Below are positions 1-12,116 of a DNA stretch of 64,000 nucleotides, in pieces (position 1 is the stretch's first letter; each line of letters begins with the position of its first letter). This DNA is from Tubulanus polymorphus (taxonomy: Eukaryota > Animalia > Nemertea). Where the stretch lies: positions 23,594,150 through 23,658,149 of the forward strand of contig NC_134026.1 of NCBI RefSeq assembly GCF_964204645.1, written 5' to 3'. The notes under the pieces are model-generated. The model did no database searches and was not told where the DNA came from. It was given only the letters and a program-made list of their open reading frames with translations. Position numbers and translations under genes: made by a program.

Positions 1-341
1 AATGACGAAAATTGTGTTTTTCCATCCCGTAGAGTTTGGATCATGGCATCATGTCACAGGCCACGACAAGAATAAAGGGTGGTTCTTTTAACCGAAGAAT
101 TTAAGGTTTTAGGGGTTGGAGGTTTGGACTAGCGCCAGTTGCTCGTAAGTTGGTTAAGATAAAACCGGCGGATACCATGGCAGGGATGTACTTTTAACGA
201 AGTGGCTATTCTTACGGACACGTACAATGATTCCGTAGGCTATTTGTACGCTGCCGTACGGATTACTCTGGAATGTTCGTAAGGGAAGGGATAGGGTAAG
301 GTGAGACTATATGTAGTTAAAACATTCGGCTGACTGTCAGC

Positions 342-406
342 GAGCTCGGTGGTCTAGTGGTATGATGCTGCGCTAGTAATTTACTGGTTTGAGTCTCGCT
401 CGATCC
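342..406 (+). pseudogene. Degenerate tRNA-like sequence (tRNA pseudogene or SINE head) in a PITP intron
   Basis: GAGCTCGGTGGTCTAGTGGTATGATGCT resembles a tRNA 5' half with an A-box. It is followed by a decayed B-box (GGTTTGAGTCTCG). No intact anticodon arm. Confidence 0.35.
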
Positions 407-624
407 GTTCTATTTTTCTCTAACTCTTCACACTATCCTTGAAGTCGTGCACTTCTGTACGCATGCGCAGCATTAATCAGCCAATAAGCGACAGTTATTA
501 GCGTACAGATCCTAGTTCACTTGGATGATAATCAATAATTTTCTGGATTTTAATGATACCTTAGCCGACCCAACCTTAACCCTTCAGTGGGGAGACGATA
601 ACTATTTTTTTACCTATTTTCTAG

Positions 625-3600
625 TCGAGTACGTTTGCCGATGAAGGTGGAAGAGGTATGTCATACATATACTGAACTATCTTTCTTAACATTATGATCC
701 GTCATCAGATCACTGGTTAAGTGGTGGTTTAATGGATGTGTTGTTCCTATTTACAGTACCAAGTTGCTCAATTATACTCAGTCGCTGAAGCAAGTAAAGC
801 TGAAACCGGAGGTGGGGATGGTATTGAAGTTTTAGCAAATCATCCAATTAAAGAACAGCCTGTGCCCGCTTTGATGGATGGTTACACGGAAGGCCAATAT
901 ACGCATAAAATTTACCATATAGAAAAGTAAGCATTAGCACGTAGTTCAGCTCTGGGCTTCGTGGGGAATAGTAGAGGTTTAGAAATTATCTGATCCTGTT
1001 TTTTCGTCTTGTGTTTTTCAGCAAAATCCCATCTTTTCTGCGAAAGTGTTCGCAAAAGATTTGCGGTAAAGGCTGTTTTTCATTTCATGAAAAAGCGTGG
1101 AATGCATATCCATACTGTAGAACTGTTGTGACGGTAAGCTTCATTTCGACTGATAAAAGCGCTGCGATGATTTTGTTCAGATTTGGTGATCATTGACTGT
1201 TTTATTATAAGTCTTGTCCGACTCTTTCAGAATGAATATATGAAGGACTCTTTTTTCCTAAAGATCGAAACACTTCACAAGGATGATGATGGCTCGTCAG
1301 AAAATGTAAGTAAAGATGATAGGGATCGGGAATTATAATAAGCGTTGATGGATTTGATAGTGATATTATGGGCTTCAAAAGTGCGATCGAAGGATAACGT
1401 TAGATACAACAACAAAAATGATCATATCTGATAAGGCTATGGTCTGCCAATGCAAGATTATTTTCATGAGCATTTATATGGCTTGTTATGAATGATATAG
1501 TGATGAAATTCAGTAGAGCAGATTGCAATAATTGATGACATTCAGATGTTTAACAGATTGCAACCAGTAAATTGTTGGGTCTAATGCCCAAACAATATCT
1601 CTGAACAATAACTTCAAATAATCAATGGATTTTTACCACTAAAAGCAACCTAATTGAATCATAATGAAAGAAGGAAATCATCGTATAAACTAATACTGAA
1701 TATGTATGATTGTTTCAGTTCGGTGATAATATTTGTCTCGTGATGCCTTCAGGGTATTATGAGTAATCCTTAGGAATTATCTTTGTCTTTAGGCATTTGT
1801 TGAACTACGTTTAAAAAATCTATACTTTAATCATACATATATATATATATATAGTATATGAGTGTATGGAATATTTGTAAATATATCTTTTGTGAATTTG
1901 CAAACTGATAAATCTGTCACACCCCATTTAATAGTATGACAGTTAACATATGCCATCCACTCTATACATAATACCAGTTGATCTTGGCCTTTCATGCCTA
2001 GGAAGATCTGGTGACCGTTTGAAACATTGTGTATGTCATCTTGATACTTGATTTTGATTATTAATGAAAGTAGTGTTTTGAAAATTATGTAAATTGATGA
2101 GTCGACCATCACATCTACAATGTTAGAATGCTTTCCTATTCGGTATTGGCCTAATTGCCTGGCAATATGTTGAGTACTCGTTTTTTCGTCAGATTATCTG
2201 CCAATTTTTCAACAGGTACATAATTTAACTCAAGAACAACTCTTAAATCGAAAAGTAGTATATGTAGATATAGCTAATGATGAAGTTCGGCCGTCGGTAA
2301 GTGCAGCAAAACATGCTCATATATACAAGCATGCTGCATTGGCTGTCCTGTCTATAGCATATTTTTTGTACATCATACTTGTCTATCACTGTACATGTAT
2401 TAGCAAAAGTGCATAAGTAACGTAAGGCTAGAAAAAATGATACCTTATTTCTCCTAATTTGCCAGGTCATTTTGTGAATCGCAATAGAATTTGTAATCAG
2501 TTCATTTCTATAACTGCTGTGTCTGTTAAGCTAAATCATGATTTAAAAAAAATAGGTGGCCAGTCGGGTCAACTTTTTAAGCTAAGCAGAAAGGAGAAAC
2601 AAGATTTTTTTAGCCTGATGTTATGTATTTTTTTTGTTATTGATGTTAAAGTATTTTGAACCAACAAGCAAAATTATTCATACTTCTTCCTGTCAATAAC
2701 TGAAATTCTTAAGTTAATCCACCATTGGACTAACGATTAATGCTTAGATTATTCCCTAATGCAATTGAAATCAGGGACTCAAATTACTATGGTGTTAGTT
2801 TTAATATGCATCGCATATTTATACATAACAGTCCGGGTCAAAGTCCTCATTTAGTCATTAATTATGGTTCTATTTATGCAGACAGTATACTGTTCCTTCT
2901 AGTCACAATTTGGATATCTACTGGTTATCATTTCATACAAGACCAGCCCGATTAGCATTTTCACATCTCGGCTGACCCAAATTTATTATGAATGAATGAT
3001 AAATGATAATATCATGTTTGTCCTCAATAATTATTAGAATAGTCGTAGATTTTCATATTTCTACCATTAAAATCATCAAATGATGCATTCATATCTTACA
3101 CTACAACAGCCTGATATCTAATAATACAAGTGACATATGGTACGACTCTAGGCACCACTGCTGAAATCAATGAATATGTATCTTGTTTTGATTTTAAATT
3201 AAGAAACAATATTAATGCAAACATTCATGCTTAATTAAACTTTTCATATATGCTCAAATTGTCTATCTGGAATGAAGGTTCTGATATTGCTAATTGGTTC
3301 TACTGGTAATTCTTGTTAGCTTTTTAGTGTGCCGGACCCCTCTTACTGGTCCGAATTCTCACCTGATTGACGCTTGTCTTTGTTATCGGTTGATATGAAA
3401 TCAATTTCTCTCAAGGTTCATAACCTAACTCCTGAACAGTTAGCTAAGCGAAAGATTGTCTATGTTGATATAGCTGACAATTCAAGTTTACAATCGAAGG
3501 TAAGTGCACGTTTTTCACAGCAGGTGCCTGAATTCTTTGGTGGGGTGGATTGAGATGGGCTGCATTCTTTCTTGACCTGGAGAGTGAGCAAAATTGTAAT

Positions 3601-5062
3601 TATTTCGTAAAATCATTTTTGGTTCTGGAGAAATTGGTGCTGCCTATATCTCTAAGGTCCATCTAAATCCACCATAACTCCACCATGGTCTAACGAATGA
3701 TAATGCTGCTCAAATGACTGAATTAGAAGCAGTTCTTTTATCTAAAATTATAATCTGGTTACCGACAATTTTGGATAACATTGAATCACGTGAATGGTAA
3801 GTCTTTACTATCTATGCGCGCCGCATGATGCTGTATATAATCAATTGCATGTTTGTACTGTGAAGTCTACATCGCCTCAATTCAGGGATTATCAACGAAT
3901 TTCTTTCATGTTTTTTAAATTGGAGTGGAAAATTGTGGAACCTTTTCCAGCTCAACAACCAGGAGAACTGGGGAATTTGTTTTTTCCATTTTGGCTTCAA
4001 CTTTTATCAAAAATTTTTATTAATCAGTGATATAAGCTTCACATGTTTGTATCTGTAATCATTTTATCACATATTCACCAGTTATTTTTTTGATATGCAG
4101 TAAAGTTTCAGTCATTCATGAAGTCTAAGAAACTATGTTTTAGAATAAATCACCACGTAATATCTCCAAAATATGATACAATGATTATTAATAAAGCATT
4201 AAAGCTCAAATATCTTGGTGGGTCATAAATTTATTTCAGACCATTGGCTTTTAATTCAGAACTACATTTCAGGACTACAAAGAAGATGAAGATCCTACCA
4301 TATACACTTCTGAGAAAACTGGCCGAGGACCCCTTAAAGGAAAAGACTGGCATGTAAGTCATGTAATATTCAACTTTCTCGTACACTGAATTAAATGGAA
4401 ATGTTACTCATACTTTGTTCAAAAAAAATTTCAGAAAAGTGTCACTCCTCTTATGTGTGCGTACAAGCTAGTGACATACGAGTTCAAATGGTTTGGCATT
4501 GGTGGAACTGTAGAAAGATTTATAGAAGGGGTAATGTCTTAATGTTTCATATTTTGTGATGACTTGTTTTCTCTCAATAGGATGACCTCTATGACTTTAT
4601 TTATTGACAGGCGGAAGGAAGACTATTTTTAAACTTTCATCGTCAGCTGTTCTGTTGGACTGATAAGTGGTACGGACTTACCATGGAAGATATTCGTGCA
4701 ATCGAAGACAAAACACAGCAAGAATTAGACGAGGTAACTGTCCCTGTTTTGATTAGTTTTATGGATTCCAATCAATTAGAAAATATTTCATATTGAAGAA
4801 GTATAGTGCGGTTAATTTCTATCGTGATTTTGGATATTCTTGTGCGTAATGTATACTAGATTTTAACCCTAAATGGCAAAATTCTAGTATAAGACAATGA
4901 TTTTGTGTTAAGCTTGTTGATCGATCAATTTAGCCATTTGAATTTCTGAATGATATGTTGAAATAAGAAATCAGTTGGTATATATATTAACTTGTGTTTA
5001 TCTTCTTCGTTTTTTTTCAGTCCCGTCAAAAGCCAGGTTTAAAAGGAACTTTAGAAAACTGA
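625..5062 (+). CDS. PITPNA: Class I phosphatidylinositol transfer protein (PITP alpha/beta-like), 5'-partial; first exon not identified and probably upstream of the window
   Basis: Phase-consistent GT-AG exons 625-655, 757-926, 1022-1133, 1231-1305, 3416-3499, 4273-4353, 4435-4530, 4611-4733, 5021-5062. Hallmark motifs: [61 protein letters not shown]. Alpha versus beta cannot be resolved. Confidence 0.93.
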
Positions 5063-5076
5063 TTGGAGTAATAATC

Positions 5077-5079
<3 letters not shown>

Positions 5080-5115
<36 letters not shown>

Positions 5116-5131
5116 TATATATATTTATATA
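5080..5131. repeat. (AT)n microsatellite at the start of the PITP 3' UTR
   Basis: Direct run of AT dinucleotides. Confidence 0.9.
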
Positions 5132-8100
5132 TTTATTTGGATTGGAATTTGCTTCATTTTCCAATCGATATGTGGTCAGTCCGACGGCTCACCGCTACTG
5201 ACATAAGTTCTGGCGATAGATTTGGATAATTATTCACACTAAATAAACCTCTATCATAGTGTATTGAAAAAAAACCCATGAAATTCATGACAAGATTTTA
5301 GCCACTCTTTTATTAAGGTTTCTTTAAAAGCCTTTGTGTTCAAATGCTTAGCGAATATTGTGAAATATTGTGATAAATTTTAGACTATATAAACAATAGG
5401 TTATGACCATTTGTTCGAACAATCAATTTCATGATCGCATTTCACAAGCAAGTCTTTACGAAGATTTAGCTTTAAATGATGGGCTAATTGGAAATATAAT
5501 GAATAACCGATTGGTGCACTTATCTAAATCATTCATATAAAACTTGTTCGTGGAATGAGGGCCTGAATATATGATTGACTGTAGAGAGTAGTACATAATC
5601 TGAATATTAAAATTATATTTGTATTTTATGGCGATACCATTATCTAAACTAATTGTATGAAAAATATGAATTTTCAGATTATTTTGCTCAATGGCTTGAA
5701 ATTTATGATTACCAATCGGTGACAGGATTTATGTCTATTTTGATATTTTCTGTCACATACACACACACACATTACCTGAATGTGGTACCTACCTATTTTC
5801 ATGATTTAGAAGTGATTCTTTGATGAAATATGCGAACAACTAAAACCGATACGCATGGCTTTGGCTTATCGGCATTTATTCATGGTATCTGTATATGACT
5901 ACCGGTTCATGTGTGAAATGTACCGTTTGATTTTAAATACTGCAATAGATTATTATACAACGAGACATCCATGTTATCATTATTGTTAAGAATGATTATC
6001 ATCTGACAAATTTACTGGTTAGTTTAGTAAATGGGAAGGCAGATCATGAGCACTGTATATTATTTCCATGCCTAATTATGACAACTGTACAAGTTGTCAC
6101 TCGGTGATGAGTAAAATCCTATACTAAGTGGTAGTTATAAGAGTAGAAAATCAGTTAGAATGACATGAAAAAATCTTTGGCTGTTCATTAATGTGCCAGT
6201 ATTTTTTCATTCAATTATTGAAGGTCCGCTCAATTTAAAGATGAATGATTTCTCTATGATAAATGAATGGTATTACTTATGATTCAATTTTTTTTGGGGA
6301 AGACTGGAGCTCAAAATTTGAAATTCATAGTCATCATTGATTCTGTATGAATCAATTTTTGAATGGTATGTGTGAATTTTCATCAATCTCATACATGCAT
6401 TATATCTGCCTTCTTCATTCAGTGAAACTGATTTATCAGATAAACTGGAAACTCAGAATAAACCACTGTATTTTGTGTACAGAAGCTGATGTTCACACAA
6501 TGTCTTTACCTGCATTCTTTCAACTGGTTCCCAATCCATTCATCTGGAACTATGCCATTGATTAATTGTAAAAATCCTCCCTACTCGTCATCCTAGCTTT
6601 CCATACATGCCATTGATTGCAAAATGCATTCCATCCACCATCTCATTTGTAGAACTTCATTAGAGTAAAATAATGTGTATTTTAGATTTTTATACATGTT
6701 AGAACACATCGAATGAGCACGGTGGGTAGATTTACTGTCCTTGCTGAGAGAAGTGACATGCTTAAATGTTGATCTCACTGTGTCGAATTTCAATCTTCAG
6801 TCATTATTCTTGGTTCTTCATGGCTTCAATTCCAGTTTCAATAACGTTACCAGGTATTTGGATGCTGTGTCATGAAACTATTTTGGAACTATATTTATAT
6901 ATGTAGCACATTTATAATTCACCTCTTCAAATTGCTATATATTTCCACTGTATACGACACCTATTCAAATCTTACTCTTTTCTTTAGATTTATTGTGGGC
7001 AGTTTTGATGGTTTTAGATTAATGTACATTAAGATATCACACTCTCAACCTTGTTTCATGAATGAAAGCATCTGGCAAAAATGAAATGACAAGGATCTTA
7101 GCCTGGGTTCATGGCTGCAATTTTTTCCTAAGGCAGGTGAAAAGTTGCTATGAAACCGTTTTTGTTGCGCATGTGTGCACCAGTAAAACATTAATTAGTT
7201 TCTAATTCTGATCAATAAGTGTTGTGCACCAGGTACTGATACTAAAATGTGGCATTCATGGCAACTAGTTTATGACTGAGGTCGAAAGGATTGATTTAAA
7301 AAATTGATGACCATTTCAGCATACTTTGTATTGAGTTATGCATGTAGTAACTTATTCACTTTGGAATGGGTTTGGTGCCTAAAACTTAAAAGGTGCACAA
7401 AACTAAGTTAGCTGTTAGGTAGGAACTGAAAATTATTGCTATTTATTGGAATTAATTTACACTTAGGTTAAGTCTTATGTTAGTGGAAATTCTTGACTCA
7501 ATTGTGTTGATTTTTCCATCACAAGTGTATTATTTATTCGGTTTCTTTTTCCAATTTTACTAGCATCTATTAGATAGTGATCGTATACAGGGATTAACGA
7601 CTAAAACCATTGTGAACAATATTTTTCAGTGCCGGTTGCAAAAATTGTGAATAATGTAAATTATAATGTGTAAAAAGTGTCTTGCGTTATATTATCATAT
7701 ATGTGTATACATGAATGGTACTAAATTCTATGCTTGTAATCTGTTCTAAATTAAGTAAACAATAAAATAAAGTATGATGCCACATGCAATTATTGGAGTT
7801 GATTTGGTGCGTTTGTTTCCTTGTGACAAGAATGATGAACTTCCATGAATATCAAACCTGTTGGACAAGAATGCCATTTGCTAAATGGTGTGTTGTCTTG
7901 AACATTTTGATGCTGGTACTGGTCTATCTGGTAAACTGTCCAATTCTTTAAAATGAAAATAAGATTTCTGTCTGCTGCTGTTTTTCAATACATGAATTTT
8001 CCCTCGTCGGTAATCTGGTAAAATTTTGACTTCATTCTGTGTGCACCTAAACCAGTATAGCATAATATACAATACCGTATACTATACTATCGATGTTGTA

Positions 8101-8901
8101 TCTCTGTTGGCGATTTACATTAGGCCCCTAGCTTACTGCACATTTATGACCGACATTGGCTGTAGTTTTCACTATGCAAGTGCATCATGAGAGAATCAAA
8201 ACTGAGGAGTGTGGCGGAATTAAAAGGAATTTATTGTATTGAAGGACTGATGGTTTGAAATACAAAGATTTGTCATTTGATCCATTCGGTTCAATAATCC
8301 TCTACTTTTATCCATTGATTTTTCGCAGTTCTGCCAACTACAGGTTTAGGCAGTGTCTACTGAAGTACTAGCACAAGTGAAAAAATATTCAATAGAATAG
8401 ACATAAGATATTGAATATCTTGAAAGGGTAGGTCGAGGCTGCAGATCAAGACGTGTCGTAAAAAAGAACTGAACAGTCAAGCTACCAATACTGGTAACTT
8501 AGAATGAAGCTACGAATATTGTGAGACATGCAAATCCGATAAACCAAACACTTAAAACTTGAATTACAGCATTTACATTTTATAAACCATGTTTATTTAT
8601 CTAGCCTCATATTAAAATACAGTGTTACATGATTATGATAAAATGGAAAACTAACAACAGATTAATTACACATCAATTACTTTCACTTCTTGTCTTTACA
8701 TAATCTAAGGTTAGTTACGCAACACATCTATTAGGCCTACATATACCGTATGTACTAAAGAATGTAGCAGCAAGCCAGTGAGTGTGTTTACATGAGCAAA
8801 ATGTGAATCGCATTGTATCACTTATAACCATTATCACAGTTTTTAATCATTTTATAGTTGCTCTTGCATCCTAGGAAGACATTACACAATCCAAGGATTT
8901 G

Positions 8902-9374
8902 TCATTTCGAATTTGACTTTGTTTCTTCTGGAGGTTTTTTCTCTTCTTCGGTACCAAGGACGTCTTTTTCTATTTCCCATACGCTGATACCTTGCTCTTT
9001 CACCGCTTTCTGAAATGACAATAAATAACATAAACATATTCCTTAGACAGTGATATCGTCGTCGATACGAAATCAAAATGGCATTGGATGATAGTTCCTA
9101 GACTAGACTACGTACTCTTGTCTACTTATTCACTCAGGCTATTTTTTTACGACGCCGTTGCTACTCAGTCATAGTAGTATAGATTCGGGGGGGGGGGGAA
9201 TTAACAACACTACAAGTACAATCAACTCACTTTTACACAAGCCTGGTATTCCTTAAACAGGGGAGCACACGCATCAGTTTTTGAGCCTTTTAAAAAGTGT
9301 CCTGAAAACCAATTATTAAAGCATTCGTCGTATTTTAGCTTCAATTCTTGGCATTCTGGGCCAACACTATTCAT
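8902..9374 (-). CDS. TRIAP1: TRIAP1/Mdm35 twin-CX9C mitochondrial intermembrane-space lipid-transfer chaperone (83 aa)
   Basis: Exons 9374-9231 ([30 protein letters not shown]...[13 protein letters not shown]) and 9009-8902 ([27 protein letters not shown]...). Twin CX9C motif; GT-AG phase 0. Confidence 0.95.
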
Positions 9375-9782
9375 TTTCCACGCTGAACGAGCCAACGACC
9401 TTGAGAATAGATGACTAGACTGGTTGACGGTCTCTATCAAGTTTTTAGACTGGTCGCCTGTCTAATTCTGCGCCACCTGCATTCGAAGTCTGAATAATTC
9501 AATTCAGTTCAATTCAATATATCTTTATTGTCCTTTGAGTAATACAAAATACAAATTTCAGAAAGGATTGATTTATGAGGATATTTGGTGGATGTTAGGC
9601 CCCCCTTCCTTCTCCATTCAGATTAGATTTTTTTGGACATTTACATTTTTCTTATGAACACTCATGTTTTGTAAAATTTGGTGATGATTTCACGTATGTT
9701 TAGATATTTCAGTCTGAGTCATGGATTTATTTGGAATTTCAACCTGAATTGAGACAATGAATTCTGAGATATTTTGACCATC

Positions 9783-9868
9783 TGTAGAACTCGGTTTACT
9801 GATATAACGAATTATGACTAACAGATTTTCTGGTGCCCTGAAGTTCGTTGCAACGAGGTTCCGCTGTA
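9783..9868. mobile_element. Degenerate Tc1/mariner/pogo-type MITE remnant
   Basis: Imperfect inverted ends GTAGAACTCGGTT ... AACGAGGTTCCGCTG followed by TA. Confidence 0.35.
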
Positions 9869-11559
9869 TAATTTACTAAGAATGTTTTACAGACTTTTCG
9901 ACATCAATAATTAACCACTAAGAAATACTTTCTTTTTATTATTTCAGGTTGCAGGAAAGAAAGGCGAGAGTCATTGATGGCGCGGGTCAATATCGAACGT
10001 ACATTATTTCACCAAGAAACAAGAGGAACTTAATAAGGGATTAATTTCACCAGAGAAATGTGACCACATTACAACAGCGAGCGTATGAATTTGCACGAGG
10101 CAAATTGAAGATTACCACTTTTATTGCATTGTGATTAATAAACTCAATATTATTATTATCATTTACTGAATGGTTTTTCTTTTGAGTCGATTTTTCTTCT
10201 ATCAGAGGACCGGCATCAACGATGACATGACTTTTGTTAGTCAGTAACCTGACTGTGGTTTAGTTTCACGATCGGATATTTTCACAAACCACAGCCCATC
10301 CGATTAGAAAAAGCTTACCACCAACGATTAGGTAACTAACTAGACTTTTGTAGGCTTAAGCAAAATTTAACGCTTAATGCGGAAAAAAGTGGCAGGTGGC
10401 AGTTTTTCACTTAGTGAATTGCTTTAGTACCTAATCATGACTTGTCTGACTTATCACAACTAGTATCCTTATGGACAGACTGACGACCCTGTACGATTTG
10501 ATACCGCCATACTCTTTGACCAAAATCAAAAATGGGATAAGAGTAAATTGGAACAAGAAACGAAATTCTTAATATGGACTTTCCTAAATTTACATGATGA
10601 TGTACCGTTTAATCCAGTATCAAAATTAAAGAAAATTTGTTTTTATTCAAAAATGAGTGGTAAGCATGACGTTTTTGGCAGAATTTCAGAGGATCAGTGC
10701 TGAAAGTAATTAAAAAGCCTAATGTCTCCCCTCAATTGAATCAAGGAGTTTTTTTTAATGAAAATCTGTCTATTGACGGGATTCTGTGATAACAGTATGA
10801 ATGATGATTAATCGTGAATACATGGTATTAGTGGGTTTTCCCCAATGACTCAAATAGACCGCTTTCCTCGTGCATGGTGTGAGTTAGTTGTCTCGGGGTC
10901 CATGAACTTTCCTTTCGTAGTTGTGACTAATGAACTAATTTCATTAGTAAATGTTTACGCGGTTTCTATGATATAAGACCTGTGTTGGTGTGAATCTTTA
11001 ACTGAAGTGCTATCGGTCGGTATAATTTATAAATTATTTTAGAATTTAAGAAAAAAAAACAGGCGGCGGCTAATAAATTCGGAAGTAGCTGATGGGAATC
11101 AAGTAATTTATTTCATGGCCTTTTTAAAGTTCCTCCACTATATTGTTCAGCTGACTACTGGCGCGTATTCAACCCGGCGGTGGAACCTTTCATAATGTAA
11201 ATCCATTCAACAATAGAGACACAATTGCGGTTTTTCAGAGTTGTTGATATCATTTATACGCGCTATTGAATACGTCACCGGCTAACCCCGGTGTACACAA
11301 GCATAGGCCATTCACCTCAGCTTACTCACACTGTGAACATGCTACCATGGATTCTCCTCCTGGCGATCTTCGCTGTGCTTCCGCTCCTGCTCCTGCTCCT
11401 GTTCCTGCTTCCTGAGGAACGACGTCTTTATGTTTTATGTGTTACTGTCCGTCTCCGTACTGTCCTGTACTGTTCCGTGTTAATTAATCCGTTCTATTTT
11501 TCAGGATTTAACCCGTTTTATTTTTCAGGGCCGATTTCTCCGTCGAATTTCAACGTTTG

Positions 11560-11790
11560 CTGGAACAAAACTAATGTCCGAAAGCGTTGGCTCTCCTTCG
11601 CCGGTCACGTGTCGAGGATGTCAGACAAAGAGTCGGTCAGGAAATGGCTGCCCTCTACACGCCCTCATACGGAACACGAAAACCAGGATGACGAGGCCTC
11701 ACTCTCCCCACGTATCGACAGAGTGTGCTTGGTGACGTCAATGACGGGCAAGTCAGTAGGATTGCACGGGTTAAAAGTGGAGTGGTAAAG
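11560..11790 (+). mobile_element. Fragment of an RTE-like non-LTR retrotransposon ORF C-terminus
   Basis: Translates VRKRWLSFAGHVSRMSDKESVRKW, resembling the RRLxF/WxGHxxRM motif found downstream of the RT domain in RTE-clade LINEs. Confidence 0.5.
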
Positions 11791-11799
11791 CTGAACTGT

Positions 11800-12116
11800 C
11801 TACTAGTATTCATTGATTTCTTTTCAGGAATTGCTTCGGACAAAGATTTAGTCTTGTCTTCCTTTGCGTTCTAGCATTCATTGATTCCTTTTAAGGGATT
11901 GCTTCGGGCAGGGATTAATTTCCCTGTCTTCCTTTGCGTGCTAGGATTCATTGATTCACTGCGGGATCGCTTGTGTGCTAGCATTCATTGATTCCTTTTA
12001 AGGGATTGCTTCGGGCAGGGATTAATTTCCCTGTCTTCCTTTGAGTGTTAGTATTCATTGATTCCGCGTGGGTTGCTTCGGGCAGGGCTAAGTCTTGTCT
12101 ACCTTTGAGTGCTAGT
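11800..12116. repeat. Imperfect complex tandem repeat (CATTCATTGATTCC..GGGATTGCTTCGGGCAGGG..TGTCTTCCTTTGCGTGCTAG)
   Basis: Four to five imperfect copies. 11875-11945 is nearly identical to 11982-12052. Confidence 0.75.

Noticed and set aside
2-40. PITP first coding exon (ATGACGAAAATTGTG...)
   Set aside because: No splice donor at the required phase
342-406. Functional tRNA gene
   Set aside because: Too short, anticodon arm disrupted, T-loop mutated
3657-3796. Alternative PITP exon
   Set aside because: In-frame stop shortly after the acceptor, no PITP similarity, and it overlaps a MITE-like inverted repeat
11291-11560. Signal-peptide-like start of a 165-aa ORF
   Set aside because: The hydrophobic stretch derives from low-complexity CTCCTG repeats and is fused by chance to a LINE fragment
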